The notes below the pieces were generated by a model, which saw only the letters and a program-made list of their open reading frames with translations, searched no databases and was not told the DNA's origin. The translations under genes were made by a program, and so were the position numbers. Positions 23,960-36,199 of a stretch of 51,469 bases of DNA are shown here, piece after piece (within the stretch, counting starts at the first letter, position 1; each line of letters starts with the position of its first letter). The DNA comes from Octopus bimaculoides. Lineage: Eukaryota. The DNA lies in NCBI RefSeq assembly GCF_001194135.2, contig NC_068987.1, positions 94,871,298-94,922,766 of the forward strand. Reading direction: 5' to 3'.

Positions 23960-24187
23960 CAGGGACAAAATAATGGAAACACCTTAAAATTTCAAGCAAA
24001 TTTATTTCAATATGGGGTAGGACTGCCTTGAATTTACGAGGGATGGACTTGTACAAAGTTCGAATTGTTCCCAATGGAATTTTGTCCATTCTTCAGCCAA
24101 AACAGTCTGTAGTTCTTATAGTGATGATGGTGGAAGATATTGACTCCTTACTTGTTCTTCTAAAATGCACCATAAATATTCAATGAT
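23960..24187 (-). mobile_element. Tc1-like transposon 3' end (transposase C-terminus and one TIR)
   Basis: TA|CAGGGACAAAATAATGGAAACACC terminus. Minus strand reads IIEYLWCILEEQVRSQYLPPSSL*ELQTVLAEEW / KIPLGTIRTLYKSIPRKFKAV, including the Tc1 N-x-I-E-x-L-W catalytic Glu motif. Confidence 0.82.
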
Positions 24188-24239
24188 TATTTACATTATT
24201 TACATTCGACGGATATTTGTCCTCATGTTGTTTGTTGTT

Positions 24240-24285
24240 AACACAACATTTCGGCTGATATACCCTCTAGCCTTCGTCAGGTGTC
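24240..24285 (-). ncRNA. Minimal type I hammerhead ribozyme motif (Penelope-like element pLTR type)
   Basis: Minus strand 5'-GACAC CUGACGA A GGCU agaggguauauc AGCC GAAA UGU U GUGUU-3': core CUGANGA...GAAA...UH, 5-bp stem I, stem II of 4 bp or more, and a loopless stem III. Confidence 0.7.
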
Positions 24286-26422
24286 TTGGGGAAATTTCGA
24301 ATAATGTAAATAACGTACATAATTCCTCATCTCTTAAATATAGAACTGTATGTTCACTAGAATCCAGTTTTTATTCTCTCTGTTATATCTATGAGACTCT
24401 CTCCCACTCCTCCACCACTATCTAATACTGCATTACTTGAAAGATGGTCTGTTGCAGCACTAAAGTGATTTGTGTTCAAACTTACTCTTCTCCCAAATGG
24501 CTTGTATATGCAGAAAATAATTTCCCCCCTTAAATCATTGCTTTGAGGGGGTGACTGTTTTCCCTCTTTTATATCTCTGCTTTTTGGTGGTGGTGGTGGT
24601 GGTGAGACGTTTTTAACGCAGAATAAATAAAATGCTTAATTTGTAAACATTTAGATAAGACTAGCTAAGTTCAGATTTTGAGTAGGAACAAGATGTTTTT
24701 TTTATTTTGAAAGGGTAGCTGAGTGGGGTGGAATGCTGTTACAATGAAATGTTTATCCTAAACTGCAGCATTGCAAGTGAATTTGTTTGAAACTAGATTG
24801 AAATCTAGGATGCAGGTTTCACATAACCTGAGCTTCTCTGCACTGTTGAAACTTGATAGAATAATCAGTGGAGGCCATATCAAGAAAGCTCCAAGCATCA
24901 GTTTACACTTCTTCAGTACTCTGTTACATTAAACTAACTGTAACAATGAAGGAGATCACTATAACTGCCAGAAATGGCTGTCAGATTTCTCTCAAATGAA
25001 ACCTAACCTTTTTAGCAAAGGATGGACACATTGCATAACGGAAATCGACAGAAGAGATGATTCCAGCTGGAAGAATGTCTTTGGTCATATGCTTACTGAA
25101 AGAAGATTGGTCTGGAGCAAAACATCAACAACAGCATAGACTCTAGACCAAGCTATATTTGTGGGTCTTTTATGTGAGCTATTCAATCTGCTAGAAATGA
25201 TAGTAAAATCTCATCCAGCCATCTTGGGAAAGATACATCAGGTAATGATTATCTTACATAAGCTTTAAAAAGATGATTGGACAATGTTTGACTGACTTTG
25301 ATGGTGGCTCTGATCAATCAGGTACTTGCAATTAAATAACAACAATGCCATGACCTCCCCCCTCCATTACCACTGTTCTACACTGCACTATATTAAATAA
25401 AACAAATGAAAGACTAGTTTATTGCAGTGTTTCGAGGTTGTTGTCATACCAAAATATTTCCTTTGCCTCAATTCTATAAAAACGTTTTATTCCTCTATCG
25501 ACAAAAACAACACAATCAGCACAAGCAATACAAACAACAACAACAACAACACAAAGCATAGCATTCTTCTGTTTGTTGTTTAACATGTATCTTCATGTTT
25601 TTATATATTTTTATTTGTAGTTTTCTATTTCCCCACCCCCCACCCCCACCCTTACATTCATATTGATTTCTGCATTCCCAACCCTGCTTACACACTCTCC
25701 TACCAGCCAACCAGCCAACCAACCAGACCAGCACTATTGATTACTATTTGATCAGTCATGCAAACAATTAGTATTGAATAGTTAATGTTCAAGCTGAAAG
25801 AAGAACTGGAAGTTTTTTTTGGTGGGGTGGGAGGTGTGTGTGTGTGTGCTGTTTTGTTGCAGTTAGAGTTGTTTTCAATATCAATGGTTAATGTGATGTG
25901 TTGGCCATCATGCTGTTGAGGAGTGTTCAATGCTTGTAGTATGGTAGCACCATTAGACTATTAATTGTTTTCCATACTAAATGAAGACTAATTGTTTGGT
26001 GTCACCAATGTCACCCTTTTACTGCCTCTTCAGTTGATCTTTGGAAAAATTGTTGGTAGGAACCAAGAGGTTTTAGAGAAAATTCTAGTAATGTTAATAT
26101 AGGTGTGTGTGTGTGTATGTGGTGGGGGTGGGGTAAGACAGACAGTAGAGTGAGGGTTGATTGAATTATTTCTTTTTTTTTTCTCTTTGAAAACAGGCAT
26201 GAGCAACACATTATTTATCACATAGACACAGTTTAATCCATCCTTATATGGAAGTTTCTATCAGCAGGTTTCATTAAATAAAACTACAAACCTATATTTT
26301 GTGCGCGCTTAGTATTTTCAAAATATATGTTCGTAGTCTGTGTATATATTATATTATATATATATGTGTGTGTGTGTGTGTATACATACACACACACACA
26401 GAGATATATGTACATATATCTA

Positions 26423-26484
<62 letters not shown>

Positions 26485-27727
26485 TGATTACTTGATTGGT
26501 CAAGAGAAGAAAATATATTTAATACCAAAATATATCTCTGAAAAACAATCAAAGAAATGTATAAAAATGCCCATGTGAGGGCAGGGAAAGAGATATCAAA
26601 TGAAAGNNNNNNNNNNNNNNNNNNNNNNNNNNNNNNNNNNNNNNNNNNNNNNNNNNNNNNNNNNNNNNNNNNNNNNNNNNNNNNNNNNNNNNNNNNNNNN
26701 NNNNNNNNNNNNNNNNNNNNNNNNNNNNNNNNNNNNNNNNNNNNNNNNNNNNNNNNNNNNNNNNNNNNNNNNNNNNNNNNNNNNNNNNNNNNNNNNNNNN
26801 NNNNNNNNNNNNNNNNNNNNNNNNNNNNNNNNNNNNNNNNNNNNNNNNNNNNNNNNNNNNNNNNNNNNNNNNNNNNNNNNNNNNNNNNNNNNNNNNNNNN
26901 NNNNNNNNNNGGGAGCTGTTTGTGTTGCAGTTAGTGTTGTTTTCAATATCAATGTGTAATTGTTCTCCCTCACTTGCATTTCATTGTTATGTAAATCCCA
27001 AAATAAATTGTAAACTGTCTTTCTAATATCTCTCCTCTTATCAAATGAATGAAATCAGCCAAGTTTGTCATTGATGTCCAGCAAATGAAAACCTTTTTTC
27101 TGTACGTATTCTGTGTCCAGGGCTGGAGCATTGCTGACTTGTAGAGTTATATATCTAACCCCTGCTGCCATATTTAGGAGGATGGATTCAGTTCTCAGCT
27201 GAGTCCATTGTAAAGATCATGCTACCTGCTCCTCCTCCTCCCTTTTATCAATCAGTAAGGCAGTCATTGTCTAGGGACTCTAATGAAAGGTGTTATGTGG
27301 CAGACAAGATTGAAAAGGCAGAAGAAAAACTTCCTCTTTGGTCTAACTCTCATCAAGTTCTCTTGAAAAGAAAAATAGGAATGGAGAATGAAGTGTTGCC
27401 TCTTTGCAAATTTGTTGAAAGGTGGGTGAATGATGAGCCTAAATCCAAGTGAACTGGCCTGCCATGAGTATGTGCCTAATAGAGTTTTCAAGAATAACCC
27501 ATGGAGGTCTCTCATCTTGGGGGAATTTTGTTTTGCTACTTTCATTTTTTTACATGCTTTTTACGTAATACCACACTGTATTGTCGTCCTATTCTCAATA
27601 ATTTTGTCAACCACTGGAGTTAATAGAGAAAGTAGTTTTATTTACCGTTAAATTATTGGAGTTGATGTTATGTGCCTAAATTGTTACTATTCTTCTCATT
27701 ATTATTATTATTATTCTTATCTTACAG

Positions 27728-28027
27728 ATAAACGGTGTCAACTTGTTGACTGTTGAGTACAACCGGGAGACGAACACAGAAACTGTAATGGACAAGTCCA
27801 TGAGAGACATATTAACAGTTGTCTATGACAACACTGGCCTACCAACCCATTTCTTGCCCAACACTGGTCACAATGACTTGAATATTAGCTACACCAGGCA
27901 TGGAGCCGTAGAGAAATGGCAATATGGTGAACTTACTGAACAACGCATGTACGAGAAGGGAATGATGGTGGAAAAGATTTCCACAAATGGCGCTCAATAT
28001 CGGTATATTTATAGTTACGGGCTTAAA
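27728..28027 (+). CDS. TENM: Teneurin exon, YD repeats (100 aa, phase 0/0)
   Basis: Acceptor cttacag| at 27727 and donor AAA|GTAAGT at 28027/28028. Translation INGVNLLTVEYNRETNTE...YDNTGLPTHFLP...LNISYTRHGAVEKWQYG...YRYIYSYGLK. Confidence 0.93.
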
Positions 28028-28240
28028 GTAAGTATAGACAGGGATGTCTTCATTGTTGATTTTTGTTTTTGTCAACACACTCACACTAAATACTGGCCCT
28101 CCATTTATATGTGTATATATGTATGTATATATATGTGTGTGTATGTATATCTATATTTATCTTTCTCTCTCTCTTATATATATATATATATATGTATATG
28201 TATATATGTATATATATATATCATCATCATCATCATCATC

Positions 28241-28667
28241 AATGAGATGTCATGTGACTGTGGCTCAGTAGTTTGCTTTCTAGCTACATGAATTCAGGTT
28301 CCATTCCACTGCATGGTACTTTGGGTAAGTAAAATTTGTTATAGCCCCTGACTGACCAAAACCTTGTAAATGGATTTGGTAGATAGAAACTAAATGAAGC
28401 CTATCACACATATATATATATATATGTGTGTGTGTCAATGTGTTTGTGCTTCCTTGTCTTGAGACTGCATCATAATCGTTAATGAATATCACTGCCATTC
28501 TTTTGCAATATTCTGCAAAGAACATCTGTCCTTGGGGAAATATTACCTGGCTTAAAAATAGGGCAGAGTGGCAGCAGAAAGGCATCCAGCCATAGAAAAT
28601 CTGCCACAGTAAACTCCATCCAACCTATGCAACATGGAAAAGCAGACGTTAAAATGATGATGATGAT
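28241..28667 (+). mobile_element. Composite SINE: tRNA-like/CORE-like head, internal (TA)n(TG)n, RTE-type 3' tail
   Basis: Head matches 6476-6612. The 3' end (GGCATCCAGCCATAGAAAATCTGCC...CCAACCTATGCAACATGGAAAAGCAGACGTTAAAATGATGATGATGAT) matches the RTE tail at about 15078-15204. Confidence 0.72.
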
Positions 28668-28842
28668 ATACCACCATTGCTGTTGAAATAAAAAAAATGG
28701 TTTGAAATTGTGAAACTGAGTTCTGGAAGTTCTGTTTCTGTGTATGTGTCTCTGTGTCTGTTTGTGCGCGTGTATCCATACATGTAACTGCCAATAAATT
28801 GGTTGAGCACCCTTCTTTCATTTGTTCACTCACTTGTAAAAA

Positions 28843-28888
28843 TATGTACACATATATATATATATATATATTGCATATATACATACAT

Positions 28889-28919
<31 letters not shown>

Positions 28920-28944
28920 CATACATATATATATCGTATATATG

Positions 28945-28980
<36 letters not shown>

Positions 28981-29110
28981 CTCATATATATATATATACT
29001 CATATATATACATATATATATCGTATATATATACATATATATATCGTATATATGTACATACATATATATATATCGTATATATGTACATACATATATATAT
29101 CGTATATATG

Positions 29111-29151
<41 letters not shown>
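28843..29151. repeat. Compound (TA)n tract with recurring TCGTATATATGTACATACATA units
   Basis: Direct reading; at least four near-identical units. Confidence 0.9.
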
Positions 29152-29153
<2 letters not shown>

Positions 29154-32132
29154 GCCCAATCTGCTCCCCAAATCTACCCACCACCAGTTGCTTTTGCTCT
29201 CCTTTGATTCCATTTTATTCTTATTGACCCCTACAAACCATTTAATTTATTATTCATTTTTTATCCATTAAATCATCCCTTCCTTTGCGCTATGCCCTCT
29301 ACTTTCTCCCTCCCACCCTTATAGCCTACCCAGTCACACCCCCATCTCTCTTGTCCTCCTCACTTACAACTCTATCATCATCATTATTCTGCTATTCACT
29401 TCCCTCATTGCTTCTGCTCTCCCCAGATCATTGGTCATGTTGCACCCCTTATCCCCTACTCCCAACATGCACCCCTCAAACCTACCCTGTTTTTACCATT
29501 GTTGCCCCTCTTCCAGCTTCTGTTTCCCTATTTCTGTCTGCTCCATACACTCTTGCAAATTCCCACCCCCATCTACCTACACTCCCAATTTCTCAGTCCC
29601 TACTTGCTTCTATTCACTTCTTACCTTGAGGGACCACCTAGACACCTTATCAGCACTATTTAGTGTGTTTACAGTACCCTATCCTCATTCTCTCGCTCTC
29701 ACTCTTCTGAATGTGAGCAGCCATGTAGCTTCTGCACACCACAAGAAACCTGATCTGTCCCCTGGTATCAGTGGGGGTTCATACTCTTGCATGCCGTGGC
29801 AGGACTAGAGCCCTCATTTTGTGTTATAAAGCAGTTGGGATTAATTAGAAACAAGGTGAAAACAGAGACTGGAGCATGATGCAGCTCTTGAATCCCTGGA
29901 CCCTATCAAACTGTCCAATCCATTTTTGCATGGGACACGGATATTCACTTAAGGGAACATACTTCTTCATTTACATTTGGTGAATGTAGCTTTGACCAAG
30001 AGCAATTGGTGTCATTAGATGATATTCAAGCATCCCACAATCATTAGGTATTTTGACCCTGAGTGGTAACGTCCTCCTGTTAGCATATCAGCAGGGGTAG
30101 CCAACTTCATCATCTTCTTTTGACTTCCAGCTTAGTTCCTCTCTTTTGTGCTCCATTACCAGTAACAGACTCTTTCTCTTGTCTTTCTCAGCTCATCTTT
30201 CTTTTGTGTAATGCTAAAACATGAGAGAGGAAATGAGAAACTAAAACAGGGGATTTTACAAAGTGAGCCTGAGTGGAAAGTCAGAGCTAAAGTAAACATG
30301 CAAGAGAAAGAGGGTAGAAGTGATACAGTGATCTTAACATGGAGAGTGAGGATGGGGGGAAAGATAATGGCTTCACTGCATCTTCAGTTATCTCATTTTT
30401 TAAATCCCTCTCCCTACAAGTGCACACACACACAAATATGTCAGACTTTTGTCACTCTCTCTCTCAAGGTTTTGGCTAGTCTTGGGCTACAGAAAAAAAT
30501 TCCTTGTCTAGTGTGGCCTGCGATGGGACTGTACCAGAAAACACATGGCTGGAGAGCAAACTTCTTAACCACACAACCATACATTAGAAAATGCATGAAA
30601 AATTAAAATTATCACGATAATTCAAATTATAATATCTTCCTTCCCCCACCCTCAACCACTTTCAATCTTGTCACCTCTTTGACATAAGATTTTTAATGCT
30701 TTTTGTTGTTTTTGGTTTCACTTTTCTTGTTTGGTATGTTGGTGTGGATGTTCTTTTAGTTAGTCATTGTCTTCCTCCTCCTCATCATAATCATCATCAT
30801 TCAGCTCAAGTGAAGTTTCTTGCTGTGTTATATCTACATGTCTCTTCAAATGTTGTACCCTACTTCATTATTGGCTCGTCAGAAATAAAGAAATAAAAAT
30901 ATAATAAATAAAAACATAAAAGCACAAAAATAATCGAATAAATAACATGAAATGAAAAAGGTAAAGAAAATAAACAGAGTACCTACTACTACTACTACTA
31001 CTGCTACTACTATTATTATTATTGTTGTGTTTCTTCTTGTAATTTCATCAATTGTTTTTAGTCTGTTGCAATAAATAGTGCTTGACATTTTCCAAAGAAA
31101 CGTTAAATGCCTCCTCGCAGGAACTGACTACTTCTGACCTATTGTCCTTCTTGGGATAACAATTTTTTTGCTTATTTTTTTTCTTTGTTTCTTAATTTTT
31201 ATTCTCCCAACTGCCAACCTTTTAATGGCACTCTCTAGCGCGCGCGTGTGTGTGTGTGTGTGTACCAGTCTGCATGCATAGTTTCCTCCATTGTGTATTT
31301 TCTCACTGCTGCTTACACTACTGTGCTAATTTTGTTCTCCTTCCCACAACTACAGACTTACACACCCTTGAAATATTACTTCATCTCTCCTATTCTCTGG
31401 AGTGACCCAATGAGTGGGACTTCGAAGTGACTATGGAATATGGAAGAAATAGCAGCCAAGTTTTCCTGAGATTGCATCTTGCAGTCTTAATATAGAGGGA
31501 CATCTTGTATAATTCAGTCCAAGATACATAATGCACATGAGAAGGACAGAAGAATTGTGGCAGGAATACATTTTGTCCTAAGTCTACTCAGAGATAATCT
31601 GAGATGGATTATGGTATCCCAAAGATTGAGGGATTTTATTGACTGAGCAGTTGTGAGAAATATAAATAATTTGCTTTGTAAAAGAAAAAAAATTTTTGCT
31701 TCTTTTTTCATAAATGACAATTTTTTAGCAGGCATAAATTATTAGATCATAAGTTTGTGAGTTCAAATCTGATGCTTGTATTTTTTGTTGTTTTAGTAGC
31801 CTCCTTACACTTCATTCTGAATGTGTTTTACTGCCAAAAATAGATAACAAATCAACGTCCAATAAAATCACAGGAAATTCAGATGGACGGTTACCTTTTC
31901 TAAAATGAAGTCTATGAATTCTGCAGTTTTGTGACTTTTATCAGCCTGACTATACACACAGAAACATATGCATATACACATACATTTACAATAAAAATTC
32001 GACCTAGAAAATGATAATTACACATGTTATGAGAAAATGACACAACCAGTGGTTGTAGGAAATTTGGTATTGTCTAAAATACAGCATTTATATTGGCAAG
32101 AAATGCATATTAAATTATTCTGACACATTTAA

Positions 32133-32222
32133 CTATTTTTAAGGTGGTAGCATGCTGAACAAAATGCTTTGTCTCATTTTGTTTGTCTTGACATTCTGAG
32201 TTCAACTTCTGTCAAGATCAGA
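32133..32222 (+). mobile_element. Decayed SINE head, second family
   Basis: AAATGCTTTG...TTGACATTCTGAGTTCAACTTCTGTCAAGATC resembles 47549-47640 and the reverse complement of 18880-18963. Confidence 0.5.
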
Positions 32223-32376
32223 TCTAATCAACTAGCAACACCCCACCCACCCACACACTCTCCAAAAATTTCAGGCCTTGTGCTTATTATCATTTAAATT
32301 TGTGTTGCTGTATATACGATTTGTTTGAATCCATCTTCAACTGTATATCTCATAAAAATTTTCTTATCTCTTCCAG

Positions 32377-33988
32377 CCAACTGACATTATTCTTCCAAGT
32401 GGTAAGCAATACCGGTTCCATTATGATTCAGAAGGCAATCTGATTTCTGTGACAATGCCCAGCTTAGGAGTGCATAGATTTGCTTACGTCACATCGATCA
32501 GATTCCAGCGTTATCTATACTACCCTCCTAAGGCTCAGTTACCATTCATCAAAGACATTGATGGAAATGGAAAGCTGCGGCAGATCCTGTATCCAAGTGA
32601 ACGCAAGCGAGTCATCTACAGATATAACAACCACTTTCAGCCTGTCACTATTCTGTTTGATGACTCTCACATCAGCTATGGCTATGACAGTCAGACTGGG
32701 AAGCTGAATAAACTAGAAGCCTTTTACACGGGTTATGGGTGCCAGTATCTGTATTACCACAGCAGTACCTTGATTAGTAGCATCGAAGTTCAATTCCAGC
32801 AAGACAGGCAACTTATCGGTGCCAAATCTTTCTACAACTATGACAACAACTTCCGGCTTACTTATATGCACATTGTGTTCACCAATAACGAGACGACATC
32901 GACTAATTTCAGCTATAATACCAACACTGGGAAACTGGCAAATATTAAGCAGTTTAAAGTAAACTGGCCCTTACCTGACAGAGAGATAATCTCTGATGAA
33001 AATGTCAAAATCAACCGTGAATATGACCATTACGGAAGACTGAAAGACATTGAGTACAAATTTATAGAAGCTCAACGTTTTAAACTTGAGATCAACTATG
33101 ACCATACAAATCGAATTCATGAATGGAGACGTAAAATTGGTCATGTCAACTCTGAAGCAGTGGAGTATGTTTATGATATTGATAACAATGTTATTGATGT
33201 ATTAATTGATGACAAAAGAGCTTGGCACTTTGGCTACGATGCCAATGGAAATATAGCCAAAATCACAACTGATGGTCGGACAAAAGAACTGCACTTTGAT
33301 GAAGCAGATCATATTAAGAAATACGGGGAAAAATACTACAAATTTGACCCCGATGGTTTCATGGTACAGCGTAATAAGGAACACTTGTATTTTAACTCTC
33401 TTGGTCAGTTACGTTCAGTGACGAAAACTGAGGAATATAAAGTGTTCTTCTCCTATGATCCAATTGGGAGACTTGTTGTTTTTAAAGACCTTGTAGGCAA
33501 TGTACTGCAGTATTTTTATCTGGATGTGGAACATCCTGAACGAATAACACACACCTACAATCATGGAAATGGGGACACCACACAATATCATTATGATGAA
33601 CTTGGCCATTTAGTAAGCATGGAACGGCGTGGAAATTCCTATTATATTGCAAATGACCCAACTGGAACTCCTCTTGTTGTTTTTGACATCCAAGGGAATG
33701 TTATGAAACAAATGAGCTATGATCCTCTTGGTTCAGTAACCTCAGACACTAATCCCCATTTTGAATTCTCTTTTGGTTTCCAAGGAGGAATCCACAATCC
33801 AATTACAAAACTTTTACACATTAGAAACCGAGTTTATGATCCACAAATAGGACGATGGGTCGCACCAGACTTTTCAAATGTATTTGAAAAGGTCAAAGAT
33901 GCAATTGAGAAACCAGAGGTGTTAAATATCTACCAATATCACTTATTAGTCAATTTACATACGAAAAATCGGAAATACCCATTAACAG
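32377..33988 (+). CDS. TENM: Teneurin large exon: YD/RHS repeats and RHS-associated core
   Basis: Acceptor tctcttccag| at 32376 (phase 0) and donor ACAG|GTAAGA at 33988/33989 (phase 1). Many YD repeats (YDSEGNL, YDHYGRL, YDANGNI, YDPIGRL, YDELGHL, YDPLG) and the core GFQGGIHNPITKLLHIRNRVYDPQIGRWVAPD. Confidence 0.97.
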
Positions 33989-34439
33989 GTAAGATCTGAA
34001 ACCAACAGGAGTTGGGATATTTTTTTACCTATTGAGATTTAAAAAAATTATTTATGGCTAGATATGATGTCTATAAATTGTTCTCTTCATAGATTGTTAT
34101 TACAGCTTCACACATACAAAGCACTGACCATTCTTAGTTCACATTACTTACTTTGATTTGATTGAAGATGTCAAAAGACTTCAATTATATAATTGTAATA
34201 ATTAACAATTTCATTAGGTTTTGCATTCCAAACATGAGTCAAAGAGAATCATACATAAGTTTAGATCATTAGACATGAGTTGAAATTTATTTAATCAAAT
34301 AATTATTAATATGTTGTAAATATGTCAAAAGTGCATTTGCTATTTAATTTATTTTTACTTGAAACAAAGGAAATGTAATATATGCAAGTAATATAAATCA
34401 TTTGTAAAAGAATGATTTGATTGACCATTTCTGCCACAC

Positions 34440-35072
34440 ATGTATGTCCATTCTGCTTAGGTCCCTCTCTTATCCAGTCCTTGACGTTGTCATTCCTTCA
34501 TCATCTTTGGCATTTGCAAATGTGTTTTCTATCCATTCAGCCTCCCAAAATGTGAATACAGAGCTTCTGAGCCAGTTTATAATATGACCAAAGTACAGCA
34601 GTTTTTCTTGTTTGTCATTCATCACCAACGATATTCTTTTTTCATCTCTTCCACAACTGAATCGCACTCATTCTAGAGGCCACTGCAAACACCGGTATAG
34701 CACCTCAACTCAAATGCCCTCAGTCACACTTAGAGTTCATGAGTCACACCCTTAAAATGCTACTGGTCAGAACAGGGATTCGAGAAGTTTCAACTTGATG
34801 CTTTTGTTGAGGGCACAGGTTTTCTCTATTACATTGAGTGATCTTCAAGCTGATTTTCCTGCACCAAGTCTAGCTCTGTTTTCCTGGCTGCAGTCTACTA
34901 TTTAGGTAGCAATTGAACCCAGGTACTGAAATTTGTTGACCCTCTTGGTATTGCATAGTAATCTTCTCTTGTTCTCTGGTGGTCACCATGATTGTTTTGG
35001 TGCTGAGAGACTCAACTAATTTTGTTAATAAATCTCTGATACGCAACTATGAGAAAGTGATTCACACAATGT
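34440..35072 (-). mobile_element. Old RTE/BovB-like LINE, RT C-terminal fragment (no PHD insert visible)
   Basis: Minus strand reads VNKFQYLGSIAT*IVDCSQENRARLG...IKLKLLESL..PVAF*GCDS*TL...AFELRCY...KQEKLLYFGHI, a degenerate FxYLGS...LYGCExW...AFExxCY...KLxYFGH. Confidence 0.7.
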
Positions 35073-35740
35073 NNNNNNNNNNNNNNNNNNNNNNNNNNNN
35101 NNNNNNNNNNNNNNNNNNNNNNNNNNNNNNNNNNNNNNNNNNNNNNNNNNNNNNNNNNNNNNNNNNNNNNNNNNNNNNNNNNNNNNNNNNNNNNNNNNNN
35201 NNNNNNNNNNNNNNNNNNNNNNNNNNNNNNNNNNNNNNNNNNNNNNNNNNNNNNNNNNNNNNNNNNNNNNNNNNNNNNNNNNNNNNNNNNNNNNNNNNNN
35301 NNNNNNNNNNNNNNNNNNNNNNNNNNNNNNNNNNNNNNNNNNNNNNNNNNNNNNNNNNNNNNNNNNNNNNNNNNNNNNNNNNNNNNNNNNNNNNNNNNNN
35401 NNNNNNNNNNNNNNNNNNNNNNNNNNNNNNNNNNNNNNNNNNNNNNAATGGTCAAGATAAGTATGGGAGGAGGATAAAATAGTATCGGTGGTTAGAATGG
35501 CGACAGGAGCGGTGTGAGGTGTGAGGCTGAGGTGATGGTGGTATTGTAGTGGTTATATTGGTTGTAGTGGTGAAAGTGACTGTCAAGGTAACCGTCATGA
35601 TAACGTTGATGGCGGTGTATGTGGTTGAAGTGGAAGCAATAACAATGCTGCTGATGATGTTGGTGGTTGTGAACTGCTTCAGATGATTCTTGTTTTTAAA
35701 GGGGTTTTTTTTTCTTAAAATTATATGGCTGTGTTATTTT

Positions 35741-35790
35741 TTTTACCTCCACCAAGGAGGTTATGCTTTTGCCGGCGCTGGTTTGGGAAA
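35741..35790. mobile_element. Possible Helentron/HINE-type terminus
   Basis: A T-run followed by the hairpin ACCTCC-ACCAA-GGAGGT and then TATGCTTTTGCCGGCG. This resembles TTACCTCCGCCAAGGAGGTTATGTTTT ends that I recall from Helentron-associated elements. The other end is not evident. Confidence 0.4.
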
Positions 35791-36199
35791 TTGGGCGATT
35801 TTCAGCAGTAGCATTGGCATGCTTATAGTTGGTGTTTCATTCCTTGCAGTTTAAGTCATTGTATATATGTTTCTAGTTTTTCCTGGAAGGAATTTGTATA
35901 CTGCACAAACTTCAGATTTTTCGGCATGTTTATTAAATTCTCAAACTTAATCAGGGCCAGGTTCAGAAGTGGGTTCTTATATGATTTAAGATTATAAGAA
36001 TCCTTCTCAACCATTTCTATATAATTATTGTTATCCTTTTATTCACTTGTATCCATTCCATTATTCACTTTTTTATTTCTATTTTTATCAAAATAACAAT
36101 TCTTTCCACCTGAGCCTGTTAATAGATTCTGCTGTTTTGCCCGAAAGAGATTCCATGTATCCTATCCTTTGATGGAATTGAGATGTTCTTGGTAGAAAG

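Noticed and set aside
27060-27600. Extra teneurin exon or nested gene upstream of exon 27728
   Set aside because: Short ORFs without teneurin or other recognizable motifs; the flanking exons already join into the conserved RRLR-INGxNLL motif without it.
6476-28310. Genuine tRNA genes at the SINE heads
   Set aside because: A/B-box-like remnants are degenerate, no cloverleaf can be folded, and each continues into SINE body sequence.
8694-35482. Long ORFs containing X runs in the supplied track
   Set aside because: They are artefacts of N-gaps being translated without stops.
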